From: Gemmatimonadaceae bacterium
GTDB lineage: Bacteria > Gemmatimonadota > Gemmatimonadetes > Gemmatimonadales > Gemmatimonadaceae
DNA: 64,000 nt
NCBI GenBank assembly: GCA_040901985.1
Contig: JBBDYC010000008.1
Location: forward strand, 80,490 to 144,489
Reading direction: 5' to 3'
Shown: positions 47,378 through 55,010 of the stretch, piece by piece
Layout: each line of letters starts with the position of its first letter
How positions within the stretch are numbered: the first letter of the stretch is position 1
Notes under the pieces: generated by a model
The model's database searches: none
The model's input: only the letters and a program-made list of their open reading frames with translations
Told to the model about the DNA's origin: nothing
Translations under genes and position numbers: made by a program

Positions 47378-48316
47378 ATGACACTCGTGCCTCCGAGTGA
47401 CCTCGACTTCGCGCTCGCTCCATTGCCGTCGGCGCGGACGCCGGAGTGGCGCACAATCCTCGTCGCCACCGACGGATTGCCCGACTCCGACGTCGCAGTG
47501 TTACTCGCGCAGACAGTCGCCGCGCGTTCGGGCGCGATGCTACACGCGATTGCAGTCTGCGACCGGCAGACGATGGTCTACGACCGGAGTGCGCCGGAGT
47601 TTGATGTACTGACGGGGTCGGTCGCCGCCGACGAGCGCGCCGCGGTCGTGACCGGGCAACTCGCCCGGCTGCTTCTCGCGGATGCCTGTCCGCTCGTGGT
47701 CCGCTACGGCGGCGTCGCCGAGGAGGTGCGGCGGCAGGCCAGCGACCTGCGCGCCGACCTCATCGTTGCGGGCCGGGGCCGGCATGGGTTGCTCGCGCGC
47801 CTGCGCGGAGAGGGACACGTCTTGCAGGTGATTCGCGCGGCGCCCTGTTCGGTGCTCGCCGTCGAGGGGGCAGCGGTGTTGCCGCGACGCGTCGTTGTCG
47901 GTATCGACTTCAGCCCACACGGCGCGGACGTTGCGCGCACCGCTGTGCGTCTCGCCGCGGACGAAGCGACGATTTATCTCATGCACGTGAAACCGGACCC
48001 GCCGTTTGGGATTCCACATCCCGGTCGCTGGTTGGAGTCGTACGAGGAGGGTGTCCGAGCTGGCCTCGAGCGGCTCCGGCAGCAGTTGGCGCTCCCGCCG
48101 TCCCGCGCGGTGGAAATCATTGTCGTTCACGGTCACCCCGGGGATGCGCTGGTCGCCTTCGCGCGATCCGCGCAGGCCGACCTGATTGCGGTCGGCCGAC
48201 ACGGGGCGGGATTCCTCGATCGGATGCTGATCGGAAGCGTGACCGCCCGCCTGGTGCATTCGGGAAGCTGCTCGCTCCTTGTCGTGCCGGCGGCGTTCTC
48301 CGACGTGCGGGCGTAA
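47378..48316 (+). CDS. Tandem universal stress protein
   Basis: ILVATDG...ADLIVAG.GRHG; VVGIDFS...ADLIAVGRHG....IGSVT..LV.....LLVVP. Confidence 0.9.
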   Translation: MTLVPPSDLDFALAPLPSARTPEWRTILVATDGLPDSDVAVLLAQTVAARSGAMLHAIAVCDRQTMVYDRSAPEFDVLTGSVAADERAAVVTGQLARLLLADACPLVVRYGGVAEEVRRQASDLRADLIVAGRGRHGLLARLRGEGHVLQVIRAAPCSVLAVEGAAVLPRRVVVGIDFSPHGADVARTAVRLAADEATIYLMHVKPDPPFGIPHPGRWLESYEEGVRAGLERLRQQLALPPSRAVEIIVVHGHPGDALVAFARSAQADLIAVGRHGAGFLDRMLIGSVTARLVHSGSCSLLVVPAAFSDVRA

Positions 48317-48323
48317 TCGGCAG

Positions 48324-49679
48324 TCAGAGCGCTGACGGATAGGTTTCCGGGAGCTCGTCCGCATCCAACTGCCAGGTCGGCGTACGTTCCAGCGGCTCCA
48401 CCGCGCGCGTGCGGTCGTGATGGAAGACGACGTCGAACTGGTCACTCAGGCGCGCGTGGTAGTAGTGGCTCATCCGTTCCGTCTCCGGTCGGTAGATGAC
48501 GCCAATGAAGCGCTCGAGCCGCGGTGAGCCGAGCGCTGCGCGCACGGCCGCGTGCTCCCTGAGGTCGAGGGCGAAGCGATCGATCCCCATCGCGTGGAAG
48601 AGCGCTTCGTAGCTTTCCGGAAGGGCCGGCCGCACGCGCATGCGCTGCGCCGGTGCGCCCCAGTCCGACGCGGCTGTCACGCTCCCTTCATAGGTCGTGA
48701 AGCCAACGAGTAGCGCGTCGCGGCCGTGCGCCTTGCGCACGAGGTGGCCAAGGTTGGTCTCGCCGCGTGCCGAGGCCTCGGTGGCACTCGCGTCACCGAG
48801 GTGCGAGTTGTGTGCCCAGACCACCACCCGGCTCGGCTCGATGCCGGGGCGGTGCCGGTCGAGGTGCGCCACGAGCTGTTCGAGCGTCTCCGCCATATGC
48901 GTGTCGCGGAGGTTCCAGGACGCGGCCCCGCCGTGGTACATCACGCGGTAGTAGCGTTCCGCCTGCACCACCACGCGCGCGTTCTGCTCGGCGTGAAAGA
49001 GCTGCTCGGCGGCGATGCGGTCGTCGAGCGCCGCGTATTCGGACGCCTTGGCCCGCAGCTCCACCAGTTGGCGCACCACCTCTGATTCACAGGACGCTTC
49101 GGAATCCACGAGGGTGGCGTAGCCATAATGTTGCGGATCCGACCCGTACCGCGTGAAGCAGTCGTACCGCCGGAGCGCGCGCAGAGCCGCTGCCGGGTCG
49201 ACGGTGCGCAGATAGGCCACCACGGCCTCGATGGAGGCGTGCAGGCTGTAGAGATCGAGTCCATAGAATCCGACCCGCCGTGCGGGCCGCGCGTCGTTGA
49301 ACGCGCGCAGCCAGCCCACGAAGTCGAGCACGTCGGCGTTGCGCCACATCCACTGCGGGAATCGCGCAAAGTCGGCCAGCGCCTCCTCGGCGTCGCCTAT
49401 CGACGGGTCGCCGCGTACAAAGCGGTTGACGCGATAGGCATGCGGCCAGTCGCCCTCGATCGCGACGGCGGAGAATCCCTGCTCGCGGATGAGGCGCTTG
49501 GTGAGTTCCGCCCGGATCCGGTAGAATTCGTGCGTGCCGTGCGATGCCTCGCCGATGAGCACAAAGCGGCACCCCTCGACACGCCGGAGCAGGGCATCAA
49601 AGTCGCTCGGCGCTCCGGTGAGACGCACCGCCGCCGCGCGGAGATCGTCGAGCGCGGTGCGGGCGAGTGACGAGTTCAT
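48324..49679 (-). CDS. Erythromycin esterase family protein
   Basis: IGEASHGTHEFY, EGDWP, FPQWMWRN, WNLRDTHM and WAHNSHLGD. Confidence 0.92.
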   Translation of the reverse strand: MNSSLARTALDDLRAAAVRLTGAPSDFDALLRRVEGCRFVLIGEASHGTHEFYRIRAELTKRLIREQGFSAVAIEGDWPHAYRVNRFVRGDPSIGDAEEALADFARFPQWMWRNADVLDFVGWLRAFNDARPARRVGFYGLDLYSLHASIEAVVAYLRTVDPAAALRALRRYDCFTRYGSDPQHYGYATLVDSEASCESEVVRQLVELRAKASEYAALDDRIAAEQLFHAEQNARVVVQAERYYRVMYHGGAASWNLRDTHMAETLEQLVAHLDRHRPGIEPSRVVVWAHNSHLGDASATEASARGETNLGHLVRKAHGRDALLVGFTTYEGSVTAASDWGAPAQRMRVRPALPESYEALFHAMGIDRFALDLREHAAVRAALGSPRLERFIGVIYRPETERMSHYYHARLSDQFDVVFHHDRTRAVEPLERTPTWQLDADELPETYPSAL

Positions 49680-49691
49680 GGAGACCGTCGC

Positions 49692-51074
49692 TCAGCGCGA
49701 CCTGGCCGGCAGGGCCGCCGCGTGGGGTGTCAGGTGCTCGGTGAACCAGTCACTCGCGAGCTGCGTAACCTTTGCCATCGAGTCCGGCTCCTCGAAGAGG
49801 TGGCCTGCGCCGGGGACGATCGCCAGTTCGGCGTGCGCGGCCCGCATGCGTTCGCGCGCGGTGCGGTTGAGCTGCAGCACGTCCCGATCGTCGCCACCCA
49901 CGATGAGCAGCGTCGGGGCCGTCACCGCCGCAAGCGACGGGCCGGCGAGGTCGGGACGTCCGCCACGCGACACGACGGCGTAAATGACCGAGCCGCGATC
50001 GGCGGCGGCGCTCAACGCGGCCGCAGCCCCGGTGCTCGCCCCGAAGTAGCCAATCGGTAGGGCATCGACCGCCTCGACCGTGCCGAGCCAGTCGGTGACG
50101 TCGACCAGGCGCTTCGCCAGGAATGGGATGTCGAATCGCAACTCCGCCGTCGTCCGATCAATCACGTCCTCGCGCGGGGTCAACAGGTCGAAAAGGAGCG
50201 TGGCGAAACCGTGCGCACGTAGCGCCGCCGCCACCTCGCGGTTGCGCGGACTCAGCCGACTGCTCCCGCTTCCGTGCGCGAAGACGACGAGGCCGACCGC
50301 GGGCCCTCGCGGCAGGTCGAGCTCACCGGTGAGCTCGCCCGACCGCAACGGAATCTGGACCGTGCGCGCGTCGGGACTCGAGGTCCGAGTCGTCGCCGGG
50401 CCCGATGCGTGGGGGTCCGCCTGGTCGAGGAGGGAGATGACCTCCTCGTCGGTCACCTGCGCGAAGTCACGGTACCAGACGCCGACCGCAAGGAACTCGG
50501 CGGGGGACTCCACGCACTCCACCTCGTCAGCGACGGATTGGAGGGCGTCGCGCGTGGCAGCGGCGATCACGGGCGCCGCCACGATTACGCGCGCGGGATG
50601 AAGCTGGCGCAGAGCGGCGATTGCCGAGAACATCGTCGCGCCAGTCGCGATGCCATCATCAACCAGCACGAGGATCTTCCCGGCGAGGTCGGCCGGGGGC
50701 CGGCCGCGGCGATATACCGCCTCACGGCGCGCGAGCTCGGCGGTCTCGCGACGGGTCACGGCATCTACGTGGTGGCGGGGGACCTCGTGGGCGGCGAGCA
50801 CCTCGGGGTTCATCCATCGCACACCGCCCGACGCGACCGCTCCCATCGCAAACTCCTCGTGCCCCGGCAGTCCAAGTTTACGGACGATGAACAGGTCAAG
50901 TGGTTGCCGGAGGGCTCGGGCGACCTCGAACGCAACGGGGACGCCGCCGCGCGGCAATGCCAGGATGACGACGTTCGACCGTCCCGTCAGGTGGCGCAGT
51001 CGCTCGGCGAGCTGCGTTCCCGCCTGGCGGCGGTCGTCGAACCGCGGGGACCCGTACCGAATCATGCTCCACAT
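49692..51074 (-). CDS. Phosphoribosyltransferase fused to dienelactone-hydrolase-like alpha/beta domain
   Basis: LALPRGGVP and LVDDGIATG (PRPP loop); FAHGSGSSR.SPRN, GASTG and GAGHLFEE. Confidence 0.9.
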   Translation of the reverse strand: MWSMIRYGSPRFDDRRQAGTQLAERLRHLTGRSNVVILALPRGGVPVAFEVARALRQPLDLFIVRKLGLPGHEEFAMGAVASGGVRWMNPEVLAAHEVPRHHVDAVTRRETAELARREAVYRRGRPPADLAGKILVLVDDGIATGATMFSAIAALRQLHPARVIVAAPVIAAATRDALQSVADEVECVESPAEFLAVGVWYRDFAQVTDEEVISLLDQADPHASGPATTRTSSPDARTVQIPLRSGELTGELDLPRGPAVGLVVFAHGSGSSRLSPRNREVAAALRAHGFATLLFDLLTPREDVIDRTTAELRFDIPFLAKRLVDVTDWLGTVEAVDALPIGYFGASTGAAAALSAAADRGSVIYAVVSRGGRPDLAGPSLAAVTAPTLLIVGGDDRDVLQLNRTARERMRAAHAELAIVPGAGHLFEEPDSMAKVTQLASDWFTEHLTPHAAALPARSR

Positions 51075-51225
51075 CCGTCGACTGGTACTCTCAGTGTACG
51101 CCGCTGTCGTCCGGGGCGCAGTCGGCGTATTCCCGCACGTGGAATCGGCATTTCACCGACAGATTGCGCTGGGCGATGACCCCTCCTTGAAGGTGTACGG
51201 CGCCATCCTTGCATAGGAGGTTGAA

Positions 51226-51672
51226 ATGCTCGCCCGCGACATCATGACGCTTGAACCGGCCGTCGTCACGGCCACTGACACGGTGCCCGTGGCGGCACAG
51301 TTGATGCGCACCCGAGACGTCGGGATGTTGCCGGTCGTCGACGATCTCGTGCATCGGCGTCTCGTCGGTGTGCTCACCGACCGAGACATCGTCCTCCGGT
51401 ACGTCGCGCCGGAGCACGGCCGGCTGGCCAGCGTACGGGACCATATGACGCGCGAGCCGATGGTCACGGCCACCGCGACGAGCACCATCGCGGAAGTCGT
51501 CGCGAGGATGTCGCGGCACCAGGTGCGACGCCTGCCGGTCGTCGACGCGAACGATGCGGTGATTGGCGTGATCGCACAGGCCGACATCGCGCTCAAGGTG
51601 CGGCCGCACGACGCCGACCTGGTCGATCACCTCACCGAGGCGATCTCGCGGCCCGGCGCGCTGGTGCACTGA
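51226..51672 (+). CDS. CBS domain pair protein
   Basis: AGGAGG RBS; LPVVD...GVLTDRDI; VRRLPVVD....GVI..DI. Confidence 0.92.
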   Translation: MLARDIMTLEPAVVTATDTVPVAAQLMRTRDVGMLPVVDDLVHRRLVGVLTDRDIVLRYVAPEHGRLASVRDHMTREPMVTATATSTIAEVVARMSRHQVRRLPVVDANDAVIGVIAQADIALKVRPHDADLVDHLTEAISRPGALVH

Positions 51673-52140
51673 GCGGATTGCTGTAGGCTGACCGCCTAGG
51701 TGATTCCCGCGCGCGGGTTCAGGGAATCCCGTATTGGTCGGCCGGCAGCCGGGACGCAGATTCCGCTTGCGTTCGCGAGACGGTTTCTCGCGGATGGATC
51801 CTTCCCACAGGACGCTGGCGGAAGGGCGCTTGGCGGAGTTCGACAACGTCAGGCAGGTCGTGAGGTCGCTGGACACGATCGAGGCCCCGAATACGGGGCA
51901 CCTGAGTCGGGACCGTCCGACGAGGGCAAGGGACGCGGTGAGGCCATGTATCGCGTGGCGAGTCGAAACAGAGATCCGGGTTCCACCAGCGGAAGCGACC
52001 CTCGCACGGCAGCGATGCTACGGTGCGAGGGTCGCTCTTCAATTGGGCCGAGCCAACAGCGAGGTGTTCCCCGGCACGGACTTGAGCCTGCCGGATGATC
52101 CATCGTCATCAGGGGCTCGCGTCCGGCGCTCGCCGGGCCG

Positions 52141-52968
52141 CTAGAATCCCTTGCGTGCCTCTGCTTCGCTGGGGAATACGGCGAGAATCGTGGAGAAGCC
52201 GGAGATGTCGAACACCTCCCGGACCGTGTCGTTGAGGCCGAACGTGCGCAGGGCGCCTCCCGTCGCGGTCATCCGCTTGGCGGCGCCGAGCAGGACGCGG
52301 AGTCCAGCGCTGCTGATGTAGTCAAGCGCGGTGAAGTCCACCGCGAGCTTCCGCGCGCCACCGGCGAGGATCGCGTCGAGGACCTGCTGGGCCTCGGGCG
52401 ACGTGACGCTGTCGAGATTGCCGGCCAAGGCCACGATTGTGACGTCATCCTGCGTGCGCGTCGTGATCTCCATCAACCTCCCTCCGCGATGACCGTCTGC
52501 CACCCCACCTGCCAGGAGCTTCACCAGGACCACGACATTGCTGTCGCCGCGGCGGTGGTAGCTGACCTCGTCCACCAATCGCCGGACCAGATGAATGCCG
52601 AGTCCGCCGATCGGCCGCTCCACCAAGGACAGCTTGGTATCGGGCGCGGCCCTGCCGACCGGGTCGAACGGCTTGCCATTGTCGGTAAGCGTGACCGTCA
52701 ACCGATCCGATTGTAGATCCACGTCAATCGTCACCTCGCCGTCCTCGCGCTCGGCCAATCCGTACGTCACGGTATTGGCCAGCAGCTCGTCCAGCACGAC
52801 GTTCATACTGCGCCGGATCGCCGCCGGCAAGGCGTGCGCATCCGTGAAGTCCGCAAAGGTCGCATTGACCTTGGCGACCTCACCGGGATCCCTGCCGATT
52901 GACATCCGGAAGCCTGCTGGCATCTCGCCCTCCGGCGTGCCGCTCAATGACGCTGGCCACGCCGTCAT
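52141..52968 (-). CDS. RsbW-like anti-sigma kinase (HATPase_c) fused to RsbV-like STAS anti-anti-sigma domain
   Basis: DELLANTV.YG, TDNGKPFDP and GGLGIHLV; then MEITTR...GNLDS...DF..LDYISSAGLRVL. Confidence 0.88.
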   Translation of the reverse strand: MTAWPASLSGTPEGEMPAGFRMSIGRDPGEVAKVNATFADFTDAHALPAAIRRSMNVVLDELLANTVTYGLAEREDGEVTIDVDLQSDRLTVTLTDNGKPFDPVGRAAPDTKLSLVERPIGGLGIHLVRRLVDEVSYHRRGDSNVVVLVKLLAGGVADGHRGGRLMEITTRTQDDVTIVALAGNLDSVTSPEAQQVLDAILAGGARKLAVDFTALDYISSAGLRVLLGAAKRMTATGGALRTFGLNDTVREVFDISGFSTILAVFPSEAEARKGF

Positions 52969-53114
52969 CTGTCAACCTCCGGTCCCCTGTCCGGCATTTG
53001 CCGAGGGGGCGCTGGCGGGTGCACGTTTCCCCGGCTCCCCCCCCCCCTCGCCACCGCCTCGGGCCCCCACCCGTCCGATGGACGTTTCCAACCTTTGGCG
53101 CCCTGGACTGTACT

Positions 53115-53672
53115 TTGGTCGAGTCCCCCGCTGCGGCTACGGAAGACGAACAGGACCGAGCGCTCGTCCGGAGGTGCCTGGATGGCGAACGGAACGCGGC
53201 CAGCGATCTGGTGGATCGCTATCAGCGTCGCCTGTTCAATGTCGCGTTCCGGATGCTCGGCAACGTGCAGGACGCGGAGGACGTCACCCAGACGGTGTTC
53301 GGCAATGCGTTCGTCTCGCTGGGGAGCTTCGACCCGAAGTACCGGTTCTTCAGCTGGATCTATCGGATGGCGGTCAACGAGTCGTTGAACACGCTCAAGC
53401 GCCGGAAGCGGATGGTCACGTTGGAGGACCACCTGGCCATCCCGGCGCCGGGCGGCGGAACTGATGATGCATTGGAGGCGGAGGATCGAGTGGAAAAGGC
53501 GCTGATGGACCTCAAGCCTGACGATCGGGCCGTGGTGGTGCTCCGGCACTTCGTGTCGTTCTCCTACGAGGAGATGGCCGACGTGCTGGAGGTGCCCGTC
53601 CGTACCGTCAAGTCGCGCCTCTTCACGGCACGGGAACGGCTGCGCCAGGCGTTGCTCGGGCGGGGCGCCTGA
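53115..53672 (+). CDS. ECF RNA polymerase sigma factor (start approximate, TTG 53115)
   Basis: DAEDVTQTVF, FFSWIYRMAVN and SYEEMA.VL....TVKSRLFTAR. Confidence 0.92.
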   Translation: MVESPAAATEDEQDRALVRRCLDGERNAASDLVDRYQRRLFNVAFRMLGNVQDAEDVTQTVFGNAFVSLGSFDPKYRFFSWIYRMAVNESLNTLKRRKRMVTLEDHLAIPAPGGGTDDALEAEDRVEKALMDLKPDDRAVVVLRHFVSFSYEEMADVLEVPVRTVKSRLFTARERLRQALLGRGA

Positions 53673-53674
53673 CG

Positions 53675-54931
53675 ATGCTGAGCGCGGACCAGATTGAGCT
53701 GATCCATCGGGAGATCGATGGTGAGAACACGCCGGAGGCGAGTGCCGCGTTCCGGTCGTTGCTGGAGAGGGACCAGGAAGCGCGCGCCCTCGCGGCGGAC
53801 CTGCGGGACCTTGCCGCGCTCCTTGGCCGGGAACAGGAACGCGCGCCGCCGCCGCATCTCCGGCCAACGATTCTCGAGGCGCTGGCACTGCAAACGCGAG
53901 CATCACCGAGGACTGCATCGGCATGGATGGCCCCGCAGGCGATCGTTCAACGGCTTGTTTCCCAGTGGCGAGTTTCCCTAAGGCGAATGGAGGAGGCGAT
54001 GATTACGAAGAAGGCGCTGATCGTCGGGACCACCGTGGTGGCGATAGTCGCCGTCATCGGCGGCGTCGTGGTCGGGTACCCACCGAGCGGCGACGAAGCC
54101 GGCACGATCGGCGGGGTCCAGCAGGCGGCACGGTATCGCGGACGGCCGATGACCGAGGCCGATGTGACCATCGCGAACCCCGAGATCCAGGTGCTGTTCC
54201 AGAACCACGATGTCCTGACCCTGGTCAAGAGCGACGTCTTCCGCTCGGCGATGCGGAACGACGCGTTCAGGGAGTTGCAGTCCAGCGAGGCCTTCCGCCA
54301 ACTGATGGCGAGCGATGCGTATCGCCAGTTGATGGCGAGCGATGCCTACCGCCAGTTGATGGCGAGCGAGGCCTATCGCGAGCTGGCGTCGAGCGAGGCC
54401 TATCGCGAACTGGCGTCGAGCGAGGCCTACCGCGAGCTGATGTCCAGTGACGCCTATCGCTCGTTGCAGTCCAACGAGGCGTACCGCGCGCTGCAGGCGC
54501 AGGACGCGTTCCGCAACGTGCAGTCCAGCGAGGCGATGCGCGCGCTCCAGGCCAACGAGGCCTACCGGTCGTTGCAGGCGAATGAGGCGTACCGCGCGGC
54601 GATGGCCAGCGAGGCCTTCCGCGCCGTGCAGGCCAACGATGCGTTCCGCGCCGTGCAGGCCAACGAGGCGTATCGTGCGGTGATGGCGAACGACGCGTTC
54701 CGTGCGGTGATGGCGAACGACGCGTTCCGTGCGGTGATGGCGAACGACGCGTACCGCGCGGCAATGGCCAGCGATGCGTTCCGTTCCGTGATGGCGAACG
54801 ATGCGTTCCGCGCGGTGATGGCGAACGATGCGTACCGGCAGCTCCAGTCGGCCGAGATGTTCCGCGCACTGTCGAGGAGCGCACAGATGTCCGAGGCGTT
54901 CATGAGCCAGGCGATGCGCGTCGTGCAGTAA
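53675..54931 (+). CDS. Putative anti-sigma factor: zinc-free ASD-like N-terminus, one TM, extracytoplasmic 9-aa helical repeat array
   Basis: LIHREIDGE...LERDQEAR..APPPHLR, directly after the ECF gene; TM ALIVGTTVVAIVAVIGGVVV; (S/N)(D/E)A(F/Y)Rxxxx repeats. Confidence 0.78.
   Translation: MLSADQIELIHREIDGENTPEASAAFRSLLERDQEARALAADLRDLAALLGREQERAPPPHLRPTILEALALQTRASPRTASAWMAPQAIVQRLVSQWRVSLRRMEEAMITKKALIVGTTVVAIVAVIGGVVVGYPPSGDEAGTIGGVQQAARYRGRPMTEADVTIANPEIQVLFQNHDVLTLVKSDVFRSAMRNDAFRELQSSEAFRQLMASDAYRQLMASDAYRQLMASEAYRELASSEAYRELASSEAYRELMSSDAYRSLQSNEAYRALQAQDAFRNVQSSEAMRALQANEAYRSLQANEAYRAAMASEAFRAVQANDAFRAVQANEAYRAVMANDAFRAVMANDAFRAVMANDAYRAAMASDAFRSVMANDAFRAVMANDAYRQLQSAEMFRALSRSAQMSEAFMSQAMRVVQ
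54176..54900 (+). repeat. 27-bp (9-aa) coding tandem repeat array, about 24-27 units
   Basis: For example gcgaacgacgcgttccgtgcggtgatg repeated; units SDAYRQLMA, SEAYRELAS, NDAFRAVMA. Confidence 0.92.
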
Positions 54932-54952
54932 CGGCACCAGCAGCAGGGTTCG

Positions 54953-54994
54953 GCGCTGGCCCCGGCTCCCTCTAACGGGAGTCGGGGCCAGCGC
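54953..54994 (+). terminator. 18-bp GC-rich stem-loop after the repeat gene (terminator or mRNA-stabilising hairpin)
   Basis: gcgctggccccggctccc-tctaac-gggagtcggggccagcgc, followed by gtactttcc (weak U tract). Confidence 0.65.
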
Positions 54995-55010
54995 GTACTT
55001 TCCGGCCACT

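Noticed and set aside
51700..52140. Short ORFs between the CBS and STAS genes
   Set aside because: No recognisable motif or RBS; may be a decayed remnant, but I cannot support a call.
54230..54850. Regular 27-bp repeats as a possible CRISPR array
   Set aside because: No unique spacers, period is a multiple of 3, variation is largely synonymous within an ORF, and no cas genes are present.
53999..54931. Repeat protein as a multi-core RiPP precursor
   Set aside because: No modifying enzymes (radical SAM, YcaO, LanM and similar) in the cluster and no cleavage motifs between units; the pattern fits structural helices better.
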